DNA of 64,000 bases from an uncultured virus (IMG/VR IMGVR_UViG_3300042898_004326) (taxonomy: Duplodnaviria; Heunggongvirae; Uroviricota; Caudoviricetes): IMG/VR virus record IMGVR_UViG_3300042898_004326; one strand, written 5' to 3'. This document shows, piece by piece, positions 60,310 through 64,000 of the stretch. Numbering within the stretch: the first letter of the stretch is position 1; each line of letters starts with the position of its first letter. Made by a program: the position numbers and the translations under genes. Below the pieces are notes generated by a model, which was not told where the DNA came from, did not search any database, and worked only from the letters and a program-made list of their open reading frames with translations.

Positions 60310-60528
60310 TGAGAGAAGTAGTTGTTGTTCTATTTGGTAAGGTGTTTCTTTTACACGAGTCTCCATCAATGAGCCATTTGCCCAACTGATTGCAGTTACA
60401 AACATTTCAAAGTTATCTGCATATTCCTCGCTGAATAATCTGATATGCTGAGGATTTACATACAGCATCGTTTCTTTTACTTCGCCTTGTAGAGTAAGGT
60501 GTAATTTGGTTAATTTTAGGTAGGTCAT
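60307..60528 (-). CDS. Small hypothetical protein
   Basis: MTYLKLT...LYVNPQHI...VKETPYQI. Confidence 0.6.
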   Translation of the reverse strand: MTYLKLTKLHLTLQGEVKETMLYVNPQHIRLFSEEYADNFEMFVTAISWANGSLMETRVKETPYQIEQQLLLS

Positions 60529-60707
60529 ATGTTTCCGTTTATTAGTTCATTGATGTCATTTACAGCCAAGGAAATTTCATGTTGCGTAGATCCACCTTCC
60601 TCAATTTCGCTTAGGGCTAAATAATAAAAATCTGCAATTTCTGTTTTGTGCAATGGATGTTCAAGCATCTTGCCTTGTACCCATGTTTTAAATTCTGTCG
60701 TGTTCAT
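60525..60707 (-). CDS. Small hypothetical protein
   Basis: HPLHKTEIADFYYLALSEIEEGGS..HE. Confidence 0.6.
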   Translation of the reverse strand: MNTTEFKTWVQGKMLEHPLHKTEIADFYYLALSEIEEGGSTQHEISLAVNDINELINGNI

Positions 60708-60711
60708 ATGT

Positions 60712-61425
60712 TTAATGTTCTAAAATGATTACTGATTTTGTTCCTTTGCCATTTGTACCACTACACAAGCCACATTTACTGCAATTCGATTTGAATCCCA
60801 TTTCAGATGAGGCTGGGCAAGAAATAAACTGACTGATTGGTATTGGAGATGCTACAAATGAGCGAAAACCTATGAGAGAAGCAATTCGCTCTTCATCAAC
60901 GGTATGAGTTGATGCCATGAAATAAGGAGCAAATTCTATTTTACTTTTCCATTGGTGGGTATATCCCGTCCAATTTTTTGCAACATTGCATATCTGTTCA
61001 ACCAATTCGATGGGCATCAGAGATGGTTCACCATATGTTCCAAATCTCACATACCTATGTTGGCACATATCGATGATGTTACTGACTATCGATAGATTCA
61101 ATGTAGGGATATCATCGAACTGCATTAACTTGCCGATGGATCTTAAAGATGACAAAAATCCGCTGTATTGCATCATCTTATGTGTATAACAAGCAGATAA
61201 TTTTGCTCCATTGCTGACTGCAAATGGGCAGTCAAAACATACCTTGCCATCGTGAGAGAAGAATTCTGACATCGATGTTTTGCCTTGAGCAACTTCATAT
61301 TGCTCACGAGAGAAATGGTATGTTTGCACAATCTTCTCGCCAGCGGACGCAATCTTTTTGTTAGATGTGCTGTTCAAAGTAATGATGGTGATTGTATCAC
61401 CTTGTCTGTAGACTATCTTTTTCAT
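60712..61425 (-). CDS. Cys-rich putative Fe-S protein (gp88-like)
   Basis: SNKK, CFDCPF..CY, RFGTYGEP, TGYTHQW, FMAS, CPAS, CSKCGLC. Confidence 0.6.
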   Translation of the reverse strand: MKKIVYRQGDTITIITLNSTSNKKIASAGEKIVQTYHFSREQYEVAQGKTSMSEFFSHDGKVCFDCPFAVSNGAKLSACYTHKMMQYSGFLSSLRSIGKLMQFDDIPTLNLSIVSNIIDMCQHRYVRFGTYGEPSLMPIELVEQICNVAKNWTGYTHQWKSKIEFAPYFMASTHTVDEERIASLIGFRSFVASPIPISQFISCPASSEMGFKSNCSKCGLCSGTNGKGTKSVIILEH

Positions 61426-61430
61426 GGCTG

Positions 61431-61820
61431 TTATTTTTGGATGGTGGTTAACTCAGCTTTCAATTTCTCAATTTTGAAATTCAGATTACTGATTTCGATT
61501 TTGATTTCGGTGATTCGCTCATGCTTCTTTACATATGCCCAAATGAATTCATCGATGCAATTAATAATTGCCCAATAGTCGGGAGATGGGTGAACAAAAT
61601 GCATATCTTCATAATGGTCAGCCCAAATGCTCGTGGCGAATTTCTCTTTTACAAATTTGGTTAAAGAAACATTCGCTGTCATGAAATCACAGATGATTTC
61701 TGTATCTGCTGAAATGTCTTGAAGATAGTTAATGCCTTGGATTTGACCTTCTTTAATAAAGAGGATAATCATTCTGTCAGATGCAGAAATTTTTTCGATG
61801 ATGATAGAAGTTGTTTTCAT
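61431..61820 (-). CDS. Hypothetical early protein
   Basis: Likely start 61820; TATATTTG box on the minus strand near 61845-61852. Confidence 0.55.
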   Translation of the reverse strand: MKTTSIIIEKISASDRMIILFIKEGQIQGINYLQDISADTEIICDFMTANVSLTKFVKEKFATSIWADHYEDMHFVHPSPDYWAIINCIDEFIWAYVKKHERITEIKIEISNLNFKIEKLKAELTTIQK

Positions 61821-61944
61821 GTCGTTTTGTTGTTGTTTGATATGCAAATATAATGAATTATTTGTAATAACTAATCTTTTGTAAGTTTTTTTTTAATTTT
61901 TTTTGTGTATAGTTTTCAGGACGGTTGATTGTCTACAATACTGG

Positions 61945-62172
61945 TCAGAATCGTGTATGGTCATATTCGTAGATTGCAGATTCAAATTCACCCATGTCCA
62001 TCCATTCGCCATGCTCACCGATGACATTATGAAATTCAGATGGGTAATCACGATAAGACTGACGGACATGGCTTGCATTCATGATTTCTGCAAGTTGGTA
62101 AACTGACTCAAGTGAATCGAATTTTTTAGGGCATTCGATTGGTTTTCGGTTAATGAGAAAATCGTAGTACAT
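61945..62172 (-). CDS. Hypothetical early protein
   Basis: 75-aa ORF within the minus-strand array. Confidence 0.5.
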   Translation of the reverse strand: MYYDFLINRKPIECPKKFDSLESVYQLAEIMNASHVRQSYRDYPSEFHNVIGEHGEWMDMGEFESAIYEYDHTRF

Positions 62173-62360
62173 AGTTTTATTTTTTTAGGTTTTTAATATC
62201 GAGCATCCAATAGATGCCATAAGTGATTAGGGAAAGCAATGCGATTGCGATGGTAATGTCGTGTATGAATTTCATGTTTAATATTTTAAAAATAGCTCCG
62301 TCTGGTGGATCGATCCATGACCAAATCCACCATGCGATTGCAGATGATGATGATAGCAGT

Positions 62361-62657
62361 TTATGATTCAACTTGGTTATAGACTGCCATCGAAAGCAAG
62401 GTAAATAAATCCTTGCTGACGATGATTTGGTTTGCATTTTGTCCCATCGGAAAGACCATTTCATAACTACCATCCTTGCATCGATATGCATACAAGGTCT
62501 TATCGATGTCATGACATTCCATGATGATAATGGCATCATAAATCGATAGGTAATCTGACTCAGATTCCATGCCTATGTTTACCAAGGCTTGGAAATGTGG
62601 TGATAAAGGATTTTCGAATAAATCCATTGGGCGGAGATTGGTGAATGTAACTTGCAT
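62361..62657 (-). CDS. Hypothetical early protein
   Basis: 98-aa ORF with A-rich upstream. Confidence 0.5.
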   Translation of the reverse strand: MQVTFTNLRPMDLFENPLSPHFQALVNIGMESESDYLSIYDAIIIMECHDIDKTLYAYRCKDGSYEMVFPMGQNANQIIVSKDLFTLLSMAVYNQVES

Positions 62658-62661
62658 GATT

Positions 62662-62985
62662 TTAGTTGTTTTGAAATTTAACAGATTTGTAGGTATTATT
62701 TGGGAAAAGGTAATTGTGAAATACTTTGCCTTTGGGCATCTGATATCTCACTAACATTTTGTCATTCCATACAGCAACAATGGTCGCAATACGATTGGCT
62801 TGATTTCTGTGAATCGTTACTTCAGCAGATGCGAAAGTTGGGTCAATCCATAACACATCTGAGACAGCAATGAAGGTAACAACTTCACCAATGGTGATTG
62901 CATATTTTTGGCTGTCGTACAATACATCAGAAATGTTATTGCAGACAAAGGTCATTCCGTTTTTAAGTTCAACTTTGTAGTTCAT
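62662..62985 (-). CDS. Hypothetical early protein
   Basis: 107-aa ORF with A-rich upstream. Confidence 0.55.
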   Translation of the reverse strand: MNYKVELKNGMTFVCNNISDVLYDSQKYAITIGEVVTFIAVSDVLWIDPTFASAEVTIHRNQANRIATIVAVWNDKMLVRYQMPKGKVFHNYLFPNNTYKSVKFQNN

Positions 62986-63023
62986 GATTTTTGGGTTTTA
63001 AGATTTGATGATAGAATTGGGTC

Positions 63024-63338
63024 TCAGATTACAGATTGAAAGAAAGTGATAACTTCACCGATGGTATCATAAGATGCGATTGGTTCTTCTTCTTCATCGA
63101 TGATGCTGAAGACATGAAATTTGTCAAGACCTACCATGTCCTTATCGAATGCACAGCAAGGAAAGAAAACTTCGTAGACATCTTGCGAATCTGTAATGGT
63201 AACAGATGCAGATGGGCAAGCATTGTTGTGCCATGTGTTATCCTCTGCGATTGCACTACCTTGTAGTTCATAGTTAAGGACAGCAATACAATTGTCCTTG
63301 TTAGCATTCCAATAGAAATTTGAGATTTGGTTTGTCAT
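63024..63338 (-). CDS. Acidic hypothetical early protein
   Basis: EDNTWHNNACPS motif; likely start 63338. Confidence 0.55.
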   Translation of the reverse strand: MTNQISNFYWNANKDNCIAVLNYELQGSAIAEDNTWHNNACPSASVTITDSQDVYEVFFPCCAFDKDMVGLDKFHVFSIIDEEEEPIASYDTIGEVITFFQSVI

Positions 63339-63354
63339 GTCTGTATGTTTTAGA

Positions 63355-63516
63355 TTAGTTGTTGTCAATTGATACGATGCGAGCAGATAAGCAAAAGATG
63401 ATGAACATGAATGTCATCATGATTGCATCCTTTTGGATTAGGCAAGTGAATGTACCTACAATGCTGATGAGCATTAAGATTAGTGCGATGGTCGATGGGC
63501 TGATTGGTAATTTCAT
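63355..63516 (-). CDS. Small two-TM early protein
   Basis: Two hydrophobic helices; first gene after the AT-rich promoter region. Confidence 0.5.
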   Translation of the reverse strand: MKLPISPSTIALILMLISIVGTFTCLIQKDAIMMTFMFIIFCLSARIVSIDNN

Positions 63517-63759
63517 GTCGTTTGATTGTCGTTTAGTGTTCACAAAGATTGCAAAACAGATTTCACATAAACAAATTTTTTTTTTCGAAATGTGCTGAAT
63601 TTGTTGGTCGAAAATCTGTCAGCACCAGTATTTCCGGGGCTTGACGCATAAAAAAAAATTTCAAAAATAATTTACAGACATGGATTTTGATGTGCAAATG
63701 GAGATGAGAGAATGGGTGAATGGATAACCTACAATGAAGACATGGCGAAAAGATTTCGT

Positions 63760-63940
63760 ATCAGATGCAAATCAGATGCGATGCATCAGATGAATCAGAT
63801 GAGACATGGTGAATCAGATGAGACATGGTGAATCAGATGCACATCAGATGCGATGCATGATTCCTTTGTTTATATATGTACGATGGCAGATGCGATGCGG
63901 AATCCTATGTATACAATCGGTCGAAGGTATACAGATGCCG
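63760..63940. repeat. ATCAGATG tandem array
   Basis: Seven ATCAGATG copies in 63760-63850, including the 19-mer GAATCAGATGAGACATGGT twice in tandem. Confidence 0.85.
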
Positions 63941-64000
63941 ATTCGATTTTTTATTTTGATTTGATATCGATGAGGATGCAAGGCATTGATTATCAGTATT

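Noticed and set aside
63760..63940. CRISPR array
   Set aside because: Repeats are 8-19 bp, adjacent, without unique spacers, and no cas genes are present
1..64000. Stop-codon reassignment as seen in some crAss-like phages
   Set aside because: Long genes are intact under the standard code, TGA ends many coupled genes, and no suppressor tRNA was seen

Overview
The window is a 64 kb segment of a tailed dsDNA phage of a Bacteroidota host (the host is inferred from TAnnTTTG promoters and A-rich starts without Shine-Dalgarno sites). Its architecture is podovirus-like and related to Crassvirales. The + strand (about 0.6-48.5 kb) carries HTH genes, a RusA-like resolvase, portal, scaffold, major capsid, ring and muzzle proteins, three cargo genes including a 3327-aa polyvalent protein, tail fibres, scattered lysis genes, a run of small Lys/Arg-rich ORFs, MazG, class II RNR and terminase. 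The - strand (48.8-63.5 kb) carries family B DNA polymerase, primase-helicase, a serine recombinase, two C5 methyltransferases and many small early genes, followed by a tandem-repeat region. The most notable observations are: (1) a 44-codon basic-protein ORF overprinted in the +1 frame inside the giant cargo gene; (2) a strand-biased GG(G/T)CTCAG octamer scattered genome-wide in all reading frames; (3) FxSK(S/A)(Q/S)(L/I) linkers that delimit modules, including a SAM methyltransferase, downstream of a HEXXH protease in the giant protein; (4) a candidate multi-stem ncRNA and a bank of palindromes at 44.2-44.8 kb; (5) apparently leaderless late transcripts. All calls come from motif recognition by eye; no database searches were run.
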